A stretch of DNA of 64,000 nt. Source: Squalus acanthias (lineage: Eukaryota). The stretch spans positions 30,258,001 to 30,322,000 of the forward strand of contig CM059432.1 in assembly GCA_030390025.1 (NCBI GenBank). The letters are read 5' to 3'. The notes beneath the pieces are model-generated. The model was not told the origin of the DNA and did not search any database. It worked only from the letters and a program-made list of their open reading frames with translations. The position numbers were made by a program, and so were the translations under genes. Numbering within the stretch: the stretch's first letter is position 1; each line of letters starts with the position of its first letter. This document shows, one piece after another, positions 1 through 12,365 of the stretch.

Positions 1-293
1 CGCCACACTTACCTGGCGTGGTGTCCGGATGTCGGGAAGCCCGAGGCAGAAGCGGCAAAATTAAAAAATAGCCTGTTAGCTACTCTCAACTACCTGTTAA
101 CAGGCAGGTAAGTGGCTTTAATCCTCTTCCCACTGCTAGGTGTTGGGTCCATGCGCAAATCGGGGACCCGAGACTTGGGAAAATTGTTTGGAGGCGGGCA
201 TCGGGCGGGATCGGACCCCGCCGTCAATCAAAACAATTTTAACCTTTGACCCGCCTCCAAACCTGCCTTCTCAGTGCCGATACAATCGCGGCC
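1..293. mobile_element. Harbinger-type MITE, partial (runs off the window start)
   Basis: Ends in ACAATCGCGGCC. The reverse complement of about 190-293 matches the left end of the TIR/TSD-bounded MITE at 36882-37076. Confidence 0.75.
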
Positions 294-1064
294 ACAGTTT
301 CCCTCACTGCGGCATCATCAGCTCACACTATCAGCAACTTGCTACACAAAAATTTAAAAACCTAAACATGCAAGGGCAAGTCTAACTAATGGCAGATGCC
401 GTTAGATGCCCTGCTACAGCAAAATCTGGGCCATTATGTCAGACGCAATTGGGGAAATCCTAAGCCTTTTAGGGTAAATTTTGATATATACAGAGAAGTT
501 CACCAAGAAATATCTGTTCTTATTATCCTTTTTGTACTGAATCAAGGCATATGGAATGCATTAAAGTTGAATTACAGCTAAAAGTTCAGCCTTTCACATG
601 TGATTTTGTGTTATGCAGCAGGCCTGTTTGTTATTCATTTGAAGAGTCTCCTGTTGGGATACAGAAATTATTTTACTGTAAGCATTATGTTGGGTCCAAA
701 AATGCTGAAGTAATGTTAAATTGTAACATGTCAGACTGTAATTTAAATTAATCTACTGCTGATATTCTGTAAAGTGCAGCAGTATACCATTATTCGCTTA
801 TTCACTCCAATTTCTTACAGTACATTTTGTTATAAACTAGTGCATGTTGCGTGCATGTTCCCAAGTGGAATCTTATTTTGGTCAAAGGGCCACAAATTGG
901 GCAGTTGGAGGGCAACTGTTGGTGAGAGGACATGAGATAGAGGGACACTGAGGCAAAGGGAATAACGGGGTGTCCAGAAGCAAAGGACTGGCCTTAGCAG
1001 TGAGATCTGATTATATTTCAGATTGGAGCTTTGCAGTGACCCAGTGACAAAGACCGAGTACTAT

Positions 1065-1600
1065 GTCAGCCTTGGCTCAGTAGTAGCACTCTTGCCTTTG
1101 AGTCAGAAGGTTGTGGGTTCAATGAAGTACTTTTGAAGTGTAGTCACTGTCGTAATGTAGGAAATGCAGCTGCCAATTTGCACACAGCAATGAGACAATG
1201 GCCAGACTTGGAAATATATCGCCGTTCCTTCATCGTCGCTGGGTCAAAATCCTAGAAATCCCTCCCTAACAGCACTATGGGAGTACCTTCACCCCACGGA
1301 CTGCAGCGGTTCAAGAAGGCGGCTCACCACCACCTTCTCGAGGACAATTAGGAATGGGCAATAAATGCTGACCTTGCCGGTGACGCCCACATCCCATGAA
1401 CGAAAATTTAAAAAATCTGTTTTTAGTGATGTTGGTTGAGGGATAAATATTGGCCAGGATATCGGGGCGAACTCCCTCTACCCTTCTTCGAAAATAGTGT
1501 CATGGGATCGTTTACGTCCTTCTGAAAGGGCAGATGGTGCCTCGGTTTAATATCACGTCCGAAAGGCAGCAGCTCCGACAGTGCAGAACTACTGCACTGG
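1065..1600. mobile_element. Deu-domain tRNA-derived SINE pieces: a plus-strand head at 1065-1120 and a minus-strand body interrupted by a CR1 3' end
   Basis: A/B-box-like head TGGCTCAGTAGTAGC...GGTTCAA. The body resembles 27255-27380 plus 29235-29565. Confidence 0.65.
1207..1411 (+). mobile_element. Short 3' end of a CR1-like LINE
   Basis: Near-identical to the 3' ends at 29030-29235, 38631-38843 and (minus strand) 32155-32360. Ends in an A-rich tail. Confidence 0.8.
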
Positions 1601-1699
1601 TCTTGCTCGGCTGCACCCATGCCAAGAAAAGCTGAGCAGAGGCAGCTCAATTTCCCACTGGGATCCTAAAACAGGTGTTCTGCCCCTCATTAACATATA

Positions 1700-2668
1700 A
1701 TGTATGCAGAGAAGTGGAAACTGATGCATTTTAGAAGGAAGAATGAGGAGAGGCAAAATAAACTAAATTGTACAATTTTAAAAGAGGTGCGAACAGAAAG
1801 ACCTGAGGATTTACATACACAAATCTTTGAAGGTGGCAGGACAAGTTGATGAGGCTGTTAAAAAAGCATATGGGATCCTTGGCTTTATAAATAGCAGCAT
1901 AGAGTACAAAAGCAAGGAAATGATGCTGACCCTTTATAAATCATTGGTTATTCCTCAGCTGGAGTACTGGGGGTAACTTTAACCACAAAAAACAGGGTTG
2001 GGTGGAATGTTACATTTTTTAAAATCTCAAACTCAAGCCCAACCTGCTACCATCCGCCCACTTCTGATTTTAACTGAGGCAGGGGATAGGCACCCAATCC
2101 GCTCCCAGGAGGCGGGTTGCCCATTTAAATATTATAATAAGGCTGCGTGCCTCCTATTTAACCTGTCTTCCAGGTTTAACCTTAGCTGGCCGGGTTTCCC
2201 GAGGCTTGGGAAACCCGGCAGCTGAAGGGAGACGAGGACTGCTTCATGGAAAAGGTGAGTACCTTTACAGCACTGTTTGTGGGCCAGGCGTCCCTGCCCG
2301 CCATCGGCATGCACCCCCTGCCATTAGAACACCCGCCCCCCCCCCCCATCCAAAGACTCCTCTGTTATTGGATCCCCCCCACCCCCCGGGATTGGGGATC
2401 GGACCTCCCCCAGGATCCGACTCCCTCCCCAGGGATTGGGGACCACCCGCACCAAGATCCGGACCCCCTCCCATGCTCCCACTAACGCAGCTGCAGGCTC
2501 CCTACTTGCTCCTGGGGCTGCGACCTCCTCCAGAGTGTTGCCCGCCGGACAGGGAGACAAGCCTGTCACTCAGGCTGGCTTCTGGGAGGGGAACCTGCTG
2601 GAAAAAAAAAGACGCATGCCGCGGAGTTAAAACTCCACAGCAAGCGGGGAACCAAAACTTCTCCACCC

Positions 2669-2699
<31 letters not shown>

Positions 2700-3148
2700 C
2701 AGCTCACAGGATCCGTCCCAGTCAATATTGGGGCCATTGTGTCCAATTCTTGTAGGATGTCAAGGTTTTGGAGAGATAAGGGGAGATTTAATACAGGTGT
2801 TCAAAATTATGACTGGTTTTGATCGAGTAAATAGGGAGAAACTGTTTCCACTGGCAGGAGGGTCAGTAACTCGAGGACAGATATTTAAGGTAATTGTAAA
2901 AGAACCAGAGGGGAGATGAGGAGAAATTTTTTTATGCAGTGAGTTGTTATAATCTGGAATGCACTGTGTGAAAGGGTGATGGAAGCAGATTCAATCGTAC
3001 CTTTCAAGAGGGAATTGGACAAATAATTGAAGGGAAAAAGTTTGCAGGGCTATGGGGAAATAGCAGGGGAGTGGGATAATTTAATCGTTTTTCAAAGAGT
3101 CCATACAGGCACAATGGGCCAAATGGCTTCCTTCTGTGCTGTGTGATA
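1700..3148 (+). mobile_element. CR1 LINE 3' fragment, split by the MITE at 1969-2735
   Basis: Degenerate ORF2 C-terminal motifs (LEYCVQF across the MITE; RGDLIQVFKIMTGFDRVNREKLFP) and a CR1-type 3' UTR. Confidence 0.85.
1969..2735. mobile_element. Harbinger-type MITE with asymmetric termini
   Basis: Termini GGGGGTAACTTTAAC and GTCAATATTGGGGCC. Imperfect 3-bp TSD ACT/ATT. Removing it rejoins the CR1. Confidence 0.75.
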
Positions 3149-3602
3149 TACAAGGGGCCTAACACCTATTTTAGGCAGACTCCTGGGACAGCGGAAAAAT
3201 TGTCCTACCCAATATGGGTTCGTGTCATTTTCAGGCACCCTTGGGGCGTGGAAGACAGCACTGTGAACTTGGTGCTTTGGACCCCTGTTGTCTACCCGAA
3301 AAAAAATTCCACCCCAAAAGTGTTTCATTTTTGTCACAGACCATCCTGCTAAGAATGTTCTGTGGTCACTGGAATTTTCAGAGGGATGAGAGAGATTTTT
3401 GTTATTTCCAAAGAAAAGCAATTCTGTAGACAATATATTTGGACCAAAATTAGCGCAGGAAGTTAAAAAATAGATTTCTTTTTCAAGGTAGAGAAATGGA
3501 AGTCATCCAAATTTTGATTGCTTTTAAAAAGTTTTGCTTTGATTTGCTTGTCTTGTGCTGGTAATGGAACTGTGATTAAAATCCACTAATAAATTGAATA
3601 TT

Positions 3603-3800
3603 TGAGAAGTCGCACAACACCAGGTTATAGTCCAACAGCTTTATTTGAAATCACAAGCCTTCGGAGCGCTGCTCCTTTGTCTGACGAAGGAGCAGCGCTC
3701 CGAAAGCTTGTGATTTCAAATAAAGCTGTTGGACTATAACCTGGTGTTGTGCGACTTCTCACTTTTGTCCACCCCAGTCCAACACTGGCATCTCCACATC
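3603..3800 (+). mobile_element. Penelope-like element terminal remnant: inverted pseudo-LTR hairpin
   Basis: About 79-bp arms at 3603-3681 and 3683-3761. Flanked by the direct repeat TTGAATATTTGA (3594-3605, 3801-3812). Homologous to 9679-9764. Confidence 0.8.
3681..3706 (+). ncRNA. Minimal hammerhead ribozyme core (Penelope-type)
   Basis: CTGACGA, then a GGAGC/GCTCC stem II, then GAAA. Confidence 0.6.
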
Positions 3801-4169
3801 TTGAATATTTGAAACATGATGTGGCAGTGAGTTGTCAACTCCAATTACTGATGTGTGAATTATGCATATTGCAGATAACCTGTGTTATTAAAAAAAAGAT
3901 TAAAAAGTACACATCTGCTTTAAAACTTATAAAAACAATTTTTATTCTAGTATTCCTCAATCTTTGCTTTTTGTTTAGGAGGCCAACTTTTAAAAGAAAT
4001 TCCGTGGAAAGAGTCGAAGAGGCAGGAATTTTTTTCCCACCCCACAGATGTCTCCATTCCTCTCTTAAAGCTGCCATTTCTCGTTAGATAGAGTGTCAGA
4101 GGCAGCAATTCTTCATGTCTGAGCCGAGATAGTGAGTCTCAGAAAGCCATTCAACAATGGAGAGCATCA

Positions 4170-4590
4170 ACAAAAACAACTTGCATTAATATAGCGCCTT
4201 CAACATAGCTTGGTCAAAGAGGTAGGTTTTGAGGAATGTCTGAAAGGAGGAGAGAGAGAGAGGTGGAGCGGCGGTGAGGTTCGGGAGGAAATTCCAGAGC
4301 TTAGGGCCTAAATGGCTGAATGCATGGCTGCCAATGGTGGGGTGAAGGAACTGGGGGATTGACAAGGCCAGAGTTGGGGATATGTGAAGTTCTCAGAGGG
4401 TTGTAGGTCTGGAGGAGGTTATAGAGATAGAGGGGCGAGGTCATGGAGGGATATGAACATATTATGATATTACGGAGGGGGAAATAGGCGGTCTTTGAAA
4501 TGGAGAGGATATGGGGTTGGAAGCTCAGATCAGGGTCAAACAGAACACTGAGGATGGGAACAATCTGCTTCAGCTTGAGACAGTGGCCAA
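4170..4590 (-). mobile_element. L2-like LINE 3' fragment
   Basis: The reverse complement resembles the L2-type 3' ends at 11715-12365 and 55480-55990. (CAA)n-type tail. Confidence 0.65.
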
Positions 4591-4594
4591 TATT

Positions 4595-5364
4595 TGATCT
4601 GACTCCAATATGGTACAGTAGTATTTTATTAGGTATTACACAAAGGTCAGAATCTATATGTGCCTTAGCAGTAGTTTACAGTACAGAATTATATCCCCCA
4701 TGCTGTCCTGGGTAGAGTTCGTACCCTCTTGATAGGAGTCTTGAAGGAAGCTTCCACCCCATCTGGGGGCTCTTCCACCTCACCCCGCCTGGAGTATCCT
4801 CTGTTCATTGGCCCTTGCCTTGGCATCACCACACCTGGGGTATGCTCTGTTCATTGGCCCTTGTTTTGTCCTCACTCCACCTGGGGTAACCTCTGTTCGG
4901 ATCTCGTGGGCCACTGCTGCCTGGTTCCTTTCCAGGGTCAGCTCTTGCTCCTGCTGCTCTACAGTCTACTTCTCATAAATGGGCCCTCTTTTATGCCATT
5001 TTTGAGGGCGGTTACAGGGGTTGATATTGACACAGGTATCTACCCTATCAGGGTCTTTCCAAAGAGTGGGGTGGCCAATAGGGGATTGAGTATCTTTCAG
5101 ACAAAGGAAAGTAGAGTCAGCCCACTCCCCATCCCTACCTTTGATGAACAAGGGGTGATTGATTGATCCGCAAGATGTCATATCTATATTATGGCTGATC
5201 AATCATCGGCCTACAACATAGGAAGAGGGCTGATCCTCCATCTTATCTGGCTCTTGATTTTACTCAAGGCCTTAGCCAGGAACTTCAGGACCTGTTATCT
5301 CCTGTCTTACAGACACTGTCTGGTCCCAGGTCTGGTAATTCTAAGACCCTATTGTAAAGACAGT
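4595..5364 (-). repeat. Possible LTR-like sequence; probably continues at 10124-10290 beyond Harbinger A
   Basis: Minus-strand AATAAA near 4627 and TATA-like CATAAAA near 4990. Short internal repeats (CTCTGTTCATTGGCCCTTG twice). A GTCCCAGG motif lies on both sides of the Harbinger. No TSD found. Confidence 0.3.
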
Positions 5365-5912
5365 GGCCGGAATTTTCCCGTTTCCATGTGTGCAGGTTTG
5401 GGGGCGGGTCGGCAGTAAAAATGCCGGAAATACTGAGCGTATCGGGAACCTACCGTCATCCTGCCGCCTCGAGCATTTAACTCGGGTGGCTTTGAAGGCA
5501 TGTCACGGACCCGATCCACAGAGGCAGGCGACATCATTGAAATCATTAAGTGCTTGTTTATAGACCCTTAAGAGTGATTTTAACGCCAGCTTCTGAGTTT
5601 TACTGCAAGAGCACGGGATTCACGGAGGTTGGGTGCCTCACCTGTGAAGGGGAGGTGGAAGCTTAGTGGCCATTGGCGAGTTCATTCATTGTCAGCTGGG
5701 AAAAGCACATAAATACTGCAACATTACACCTCATTACTTGCCTCAAAGAAAGGCTCTTGCTCATTCCATTTTGTCCACAGATTTGGGTGTCTGCAGCTTT
5801 CAGGTCATTATTGAAACCTCGGAAGCCACTCTCACCACAATGCTACTCACTATCATAACATTGAGGGATTAGCCCTCTCATCTTCACTTTATCTGCCATC
5901 TATTACATCAGC

Positions 5913-7526
5913 ATGGGTGCCACTTACACTGTCTCACCTTGGTCCTCAGAATCGGACCAAGATGCGCCCCACTACCAGCAGCAGCAGCCACAACACCAGC
6001 AGCAACCACAACAGCAGCATTCTTCTCAACTACCTAATGCTCCACAGGAGAGAGGGGGTCAACACAGGGCTGCACCGCACTGGGGGCGATACCTCCAACA
6101 CAGGGTGTGCAGGCAGAGGATGAGCTTCCTCAACATGACTGAGCAGCAGTGCTCAGGCTATCACGCCAGGTCGTCGCAGACATTTGTAGCTTGCTGGAAC
6201 AAGACCTGCTGCCCAGAGGACATGGTGGACACGCCTTACCAGTGGCTGTCAAAGTCACCACCACCCTCAACTTCTTCACCTCAGGCTCCTTCCAGTGATC
6301 TGCAGCAGACATTTGCAGGATCTCGCAGTCGGCCAGCCCACAGATGCATCACCCAGGTGACCGATGCCATGTTTCACAAGTCAGCCAATTATATCAACTT
6401 TGCCAATGATGAAGCCAGTGTTACTGAGCAGGTGCTCGGCTTTGCAGCTCTCGCTGACTTCCCACAGGTGCAGGGCGTCATCGACTGCACACATGTGGAC
6501 ATGAAGGCATCCCAACATTACCCAGGAGTGTTTGTGAACCACAAGGGCTTCCACTCCCTCAATGTGCAGCTCATCTGCAACCATAAAAAGATGATTATGC
6601 ATGTGTGCGCCAGATTCCCTGGCAGCTGTCATGACTCCTTCATGTTGTGCCAGTCCACCCTCCCTCAGTTCGTCGCACTTCTAAACAGACTTACCGGCTG
6701 GCTGCTTGGAGACAAGGGCTACCCACTGAAGACGTGGCTCGTGACACCCCTGAGACGGTCAAATACTGAGGCCGAGGAGCGTTATAATAAGAGCCACATC
6801 TCCACCAGATGCGTCATAGAACAAGTAATAGTCATGCTGAAGATGCGCTTCAGATGGCTTGACAGATCTGGAGGAGCCCTTCAGTACGCACCAGCCAGGG
6901 TCTCCAGAATCGTCGTCATCTGATGCGCACTGCACAACATTGCGTAGCAGCGAGGATTGGCGCTGCAGGAGGAGCATGACGCAGAGCACACAGCCTCTTC
7001 AGAGAAACATAGAAACATAGAAACTAGGAGCAGGAGTAGGCCATTCGGCCCATCGAGCCTGCTCCACCATTCAATACGATCATGGCTGATCATCCAAATC
7101 CAGTACCCTGTCCCTGCTTTCTCACACAGAATCCCCATCGAGCCTGCACCGACACATATCCCATCCTATCCCCGTAACCCCACATATTTAATCCCCCCCC
7201 TAACACAAAGGGTCAATTTATCATAGCCAAATCAATCTAACCCGCACATCTTTGGACTGTGGGAGGAAACCGGAGCACCCGGAGGAAACCCACGCAGACA
7301 TGGGGAGAATGTGCAAACTCCACACAGACAGTCACCCGAGGCCAGATTCGAACCCGGGTCGCTGGCGCTGTGAGGCACCAGTGCTAACCACTATGCCACC
7401 GTGTTGGAGGAGGAGGAAGATGAGGAGGAGGAGGAGGAGGAACCTGAGGTGCAGATGGCACCAGCAGCGGCGCACATTGCTGCCCAGGAGGCCCGGGATG
7501 GCCTCATCATGGCCAGATTTACTTAA
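5913..7526 (+). pseudogene. Harbinger DDE transposase with frameshifts, a stop at 6921 and a SINE insertion
   Basis: Motifs [33 protein letters not shown] and IEQ...LKMRFR. Confidence 0.92.
7003..7406 (-). mobile_element. HE1-like V-SINE, full length
   Basis: Minus strand shows a tRNA head (GGTGGCATAGTGGTTAGC...GGTTCGAATC), a V-domain-like GTGGAGTTTGCACATTCTCCCC, a CR1-like tail and (TTTCTATG)n. Confidence 0.85.
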
Positions 7527-7669
7527 CTTGCTCCAATGCAGCCACATCGGGGCCACATGCTGCACTAAATTCCCCCCAACAACACCATAAAGCATCCCTA
7601 CAATGTCCAAGCCATTCCTCTCAACCAAAGCCCCTGTGCTCAAGGTCAAGTAATGTCCCAACATTTACT

Positions 7670-9829
7670 CTAAGTGACAAAGTCACTTCCAAGGTTTGAG
7701 GCAAAAATGGACCTTTGAGTGCTTCTATGAGGTGCAACCCCTGTGGCTTCAGCAGAGGTAGAGGCAAGCTGCTCACTTCCCTGCTGCAACTGCTTTGACA
7801 ATTTTGGCAGATGTCCTCTGGGTTTTGGAGCCTGTGATGGCCTCGCCAAAGTCTGCTCCTCCTGCAACTGTGCAGGGGCAGACCCGGCCATCGGGATCCG
7901 AGGAAGCCTGTGGGGCTTTGACTGAGGGGGAGGCAACAGGGGAGAAGTGGGAGCGCTTTGAGAAGAACCCCCACTTCCATGTCCCCTCTCACCATCACCC
8001 TCTCATGGGCCGCCTGCACTTCCCTACCAGCAAGGAGCTGGCGAGCACCTTGCTGCACATCAGTGGGGCAATGAGGGCCCAAGTCTAACTTTGCATCTCT
8101 ACTTGAGAGGAGGTCTATGAGCGTCTGCCATCTGTTGTCCACAGCTAGCATGTGCTCATGTGAGTGGCGCATTTGCTGCTCCACGCAGGTGGCCATCCTT
8201 TCCATGGAAGAGCACATCGTTGCCATCGCCTGCGACATGGTGGTGCTCATGTTGGAGATGGACTCCTCCATTCTCTGAACCTTTGCAGACATCGCAGCTG
8301 CAAAAGATGCCAGAGCCTCATGCAATTGTTGCTGCCCCTCCAAGATCACCCTCTTTCTTAATGGCCCCCCCCGAGGCTCAGCGTCTGGATGCAGCTCAGT
8401 AGAGCTTGGAGCGTCCTGCGCCCTCCAGTGAAGAGTCCCCACTGCTGTCCCTGTCAACACCATCTGCTCTTGCTCACTTGTGAATTGTGAGACACCAGGT
8501 GACAACTCTACTCTATGGCGCAAAGGACCCACTGAGGTATATGCATCTGCACTGGTGTTGGCTGCGCTTGGACGCTGAGGCTGCACCCTCAGAGGCTGGA
8601 GGTTCCTCTGAGGAGCCGTCTTCCTCCTCCGGCTGGACAGTGGGGTGGGACCTGTGGGAGAGTAAAGAGATGAATTAGAAGTGTTGTAATAAGAAAGGTT
8701 ACCATTATGCACATGATGCCATTTCACTGGCTGCTGACATCAGTCACCATATGAGTGACTGTTGTATGCCATGTGGCTGTATGAGATGTGATTCTGTCAC
8801 CACGTTGCTGGGATGTCCCCCTCTCTCCGTCTTCTACCGCCAACGTCTCTCGAGCTCCCAAAATCTCCAAAGCCCCCTCCTCTGCTGCTGTTAGGTGTGC
8901 AAAGACTAGAGGGCCACTTCCGGTTCTCTCCCTCTCTCTATTGTTGTGAGCTCTTTTCTCCTGCAAGAAGGGAAAAAAGGGAAGTTTGAATGAGAGTGTA
9001 TAGGGTGAGTATGAGGGAATGGGGTGTCAAATGGCCTGATTCTGTGGTTTTACTTGCGATGATTGCATTAGGATGAGGGTGAGTGTGAGGGGTGGTTAGT
9101 CAGATGGGGATGTGAGTATGTACATAGAGAGAGAGGAATGGGTGGACCTGGAAGGCAGGTTGGTGTGAGTAATGATGTGCAGGAGTAGGCTTGGGAAGGC
9201 GGAGTGATGGGGATGTGGTGACATGAACATCAGGATGAAGGTGAGTGTGGCATTGCACTCACCTTTCCTGACCTCATCAGATCATTGAATCTCTTCCTGC
9301 ACTGGATCCAGGTCCTCCTCACGACCTCCCTGCTGCTGACCTCCTCTGCTATTTCCAGCCAGGCCCTTTTGGTCACTTGAGGAGGTCTCCTGCGTGCTCT
9401 TACTGCCTTGACCAAAATCGCGATATCGGGTTCATGTCACGATACAGAACGTGACTTGACATCATGGCCGGTCTTCCCAGGTGTTTTTTTTAAAAAGACT
9501 AACACAAGAACCTACACAGATTGACAGGATATGCAGCCAGCTGGTGGTTTGACACGTTGGACCCCCTGGGACACATCTCATTGTCTTGGCTATGCTCTTT
9601 GATGTAGGGAAAGATTTGAATATATTTTGTCTGTGTTTAAATTGTGAATTCTGGGAGATTCTCTCACTGCTAACTTACCTGACGAAGGAGCGAACTGTTC
9701 CGAAAGCTTGTAAAATTAAATAAATCTGTTGGACTATAACCTGGTGTTGTGCGACTTCTCATTTTTGACCAAAATATACAGCGAGGCATCTGTAAAGTGG
9801 GGTGCAACCCTCTGTCTTTGGGTCTTCAT
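7670..9829 (-). pseudogene. Harbinger A Myb/SANT-like gene, 3 exons (approx. 9829-9263, 8960-8801, 8651-7670), disrupted
   Basis: MKTQRQRVAPHFTDASL...AWLEIAEEVSS...WIQCRKRFNDL followed by GTGAGT. Exon 2 begins EKRAHNNRER. The Penelope insertion lies in exon 1. Confidence 0.85.
9419..9764 (+). mobile_element. Penelope-like 3' end with hammerhead core (about 9679-9706)
   Basis: 11-bp TSD TTGACCAAAAT (9408-9418, 9765-9775). CTGACGAAGGAGCGAACTGTTCCGAAA. Tail homologous to 3683-3761. Confidence 0.8.
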
Positions 9830-10679
9830 AGTTTTCAATTTGCCCAATAACTCCAACCTTTCCAATGCTCCTTTCACACTCCTTTACCAACCTTCAAGTG
9901 AGATGTGTGCAAGGCTGCTTTAAATATGGGCACTGGAAACGAGTCATCGATGATATCATCAGACCTGCACCCTTTAATAGGGCCAGGAAACGCATATGCC
10001 TGGTTTAATAGGGGCCATTATGTTAAAGTCACTCTGAAAAGCGGGCTGATTGAGACATTGCAATACTGACCCGCTACGTGGCCCGCACGCACCCGACCCG
10101 ACTCAGAAGTTAAAATTCCGGCCAGTGTCTTATCTAGTCCCAGGACCAGTTAGTTGATTCTCCCACTGTGTTAATTGCGTGAAGGCAAAATGCTTCCTTT
10201 TCTCACGGTTTTGCAAAGCTTGACTACTGCATACTTGTTTGATTGAAATGAAAAAAGTGAACATATAAAGAACTGTAAAAGTTACATATCAAAAATACAT
10301 GTGGTACAATGAATCAAGGTGCATGTGTGAGGTTATAACAAGTGCTTACAATCTGTTAGTAGTCATCAGGTATATTTTTGGTTAATACAAAGGTGATTTC
10401 GCAAAATACATATCCAATACAGATCTAACGTAGTGGAATATTGGCTTCCTGTTGTTACATATACGTTACGTTTTTTGTGTCAACTTTCTTCCATTATAAT
10501 TCCCAATGTCCACATTTATAATGGAATTTGCCTATGTGAACTTGTCATTTAATTAACTACTCCACACTCGCTGCACCCTGGCTCCCAATTCCATGGCCAA
10601 GGCCGATATCTTAGTCTGCCCAATGTGTCAGCTCAAGCCAAATAATGCTGTAAGATTTGAAAAATTCAGCCCTAGAACT

Positions 10680-11100
10680 GAGGATAGAGGGGGAAGAGTG
10701 CAGCCCAGGGATGGAGGATGGCGGGGGGTGGGGGGCGGGTGGGCAGGGGGGGAAGCAGTCCAAGGTAGGAGGCTGAATGAGAAGCCCAGGGACTGGTGGG
10801 GTAGGAGAAATAGTGCAACCTAGGGACTGAGGGGAACTGGAGAGAGCAGACCAGGGACTGGTGGAAGGGAGGGACGGGGAGGGGAAGTGAGCAGCCTAGA
10901 GACTGGGAGTTGGGGTGTGGGGGGGGGGGGGGGGGGGGAGGCTGCTATAAAGCAACCCAAGAACTGGGGCAAGGGGTAGAGGAGTCTGGGGATGGGGGGA
11001 GGAAGTGCAGAGAACACCCTCATGACTGGAGGGGTAGAAAGACAAGCATTGATATGGTTAACCTTGGGGGTGGTGAAAGGAACAGATAGAATAGAGGAAA
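10680..11100. repeat. G/purine-rich low-complexity tract with a long G run
   Basis: Many GGG runs and poly-G at about 10919-10938. Confidence 0.7.
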
Positions 11101-11714
11101 ATGGAAAGAGAACACTGTCAGCAAGAAGATTTGCTTGGTTCTACCATTACAAAGCACATCTCAAGCCTTTGTCAGCCTACGTGCGCCAAGGCCATTCAGC
11201 TATTCAACTATTTTTCCATCTCTGGTTCTTAGGTACATTAAAGTGAGCTTTAAAATGTCACCACAGCAACCACTGCAGTTAGCCTTCATCATTGTTAAAA
11301 TACAACAAAGGATGTTCCTCGCTTCTGAAAGGCACAAGATTTCTACTAGAATTCCAAAGCAAATTATATTTATTAAGCTCTGGGAGCTTTTGTTAAAATA
11401 TTTTTAAAAATGTGTCTTGGACATGACATTGCTTCCACTGACTAAGCCTGTAGTTGACAAGAATTGCAGTTAGGTTAAAGCGTGTTCTCAGTGGAGGTCT
11501 GTAGATTTACACAATTTCAGGGCATAACATGACTCCATTCTTGTTGCCAGGTGCAGATGCAGAGTTTGACAAAAACAGTAGTTTCATGGTTTTATTTAAT
11601 GGAATTTAAATTAAACGTGGCAGGATCTTGAACTCATGACTCCGGATTATTAGTCCAGTCCTCTGGATTACTAGTACCAGTAACATAACCACTATGCTAC
11701 CATACCCCTAATTA

Positions 11715-12365
11715 TTCTTGCATGATCCTATATTGATTCACCAATGCCTTGATTTTAAAATGTCGCATCCTGTGTTCAAATCCCTCCATGGTTTCACCCC
11801 TCCCTACCCATGTAACCTCCTCCAGCCCTACAACCCTCTGAGAACTCTGCGTTCCTCCAATGATGGCCTCTTGTGCATCCCTAAATTCCTTCGCCCCACC
11901 ACTGGCGACTGTGCCTTCAGCTGTCTCGGCTCTAAGCTCTGCAATTACCTCCCCAAACCTCTTTGCCTCTCGACCTCTCTCTCCTCCAAAAATGTGCAGG
12001 TTAGGTTGATTTGGCTATGATAAATTGACCCTTAGTGTTAGGGGGGGATTAAATATGTGGGGTTATGGGGATAGGATGGGATATGTTAGGGGGAATTAAA
12101 TACGTGGGGTTACGGGTGTGGGATATGTGTACTGTGGGGATTAAAGCAGGGACAGGGTACTGGATTGGATGATCAGCCATGATCGTATTGAATGGTGGAG
12201 CAGGCTCGACGGGCCGAATGGCCTACTCCTGCTCCTAGATTCTATGTTTCTATGTTTCTATGTTAAGACTCTGCTTAACACTTTAACTAAGCTTCTGGTC
12301 ACCTGTCCTAATGTCTGATTACGCTTCTGTGAAGCACTTTGGGATGTTTTACTACGTTAAGGACA
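11715..12365 (+). mobile_element. L2-like LINE 3' end, interrupted by a SINE
   Basis: DFK...VFKSLHGFTPPY.CNLLQPYNPLRTLRSSN...AFS, typical of an L2 ORF2 C-terminus. Confidence 0.75.
11985..12262 (+). mobile_element. Headless HE1-like SINE
   Basis: Starts TCCAAAAATGTGC and ends (TTCTATGT)n. Near-identical to 28133-28409. Confidence 0.8.

Larger units (their letters stand above)
5365..10123 (+). mobile_element. PIF/Harbinger transposon family A, full length but decayed, with nested SINE and Penelope end
   Basis: Perfect 12-bp TIR GGCCGGAATTTT/AAAATTCCGGCC. TSD AGT (5362-5364, 10124-10126). Convergent transposase and Myb-like genes. Confidence 0.95.

Noticed and set aside
2206..2919. 237-aa proline-rich ORF
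   Set aside because: It arises from C runs in a MITE running into a CR1 fragment.
7330..7406. tRNA gene
   Set aside because: It is the tRNA-derived head of a SINE and is followed by SINE body and tail.
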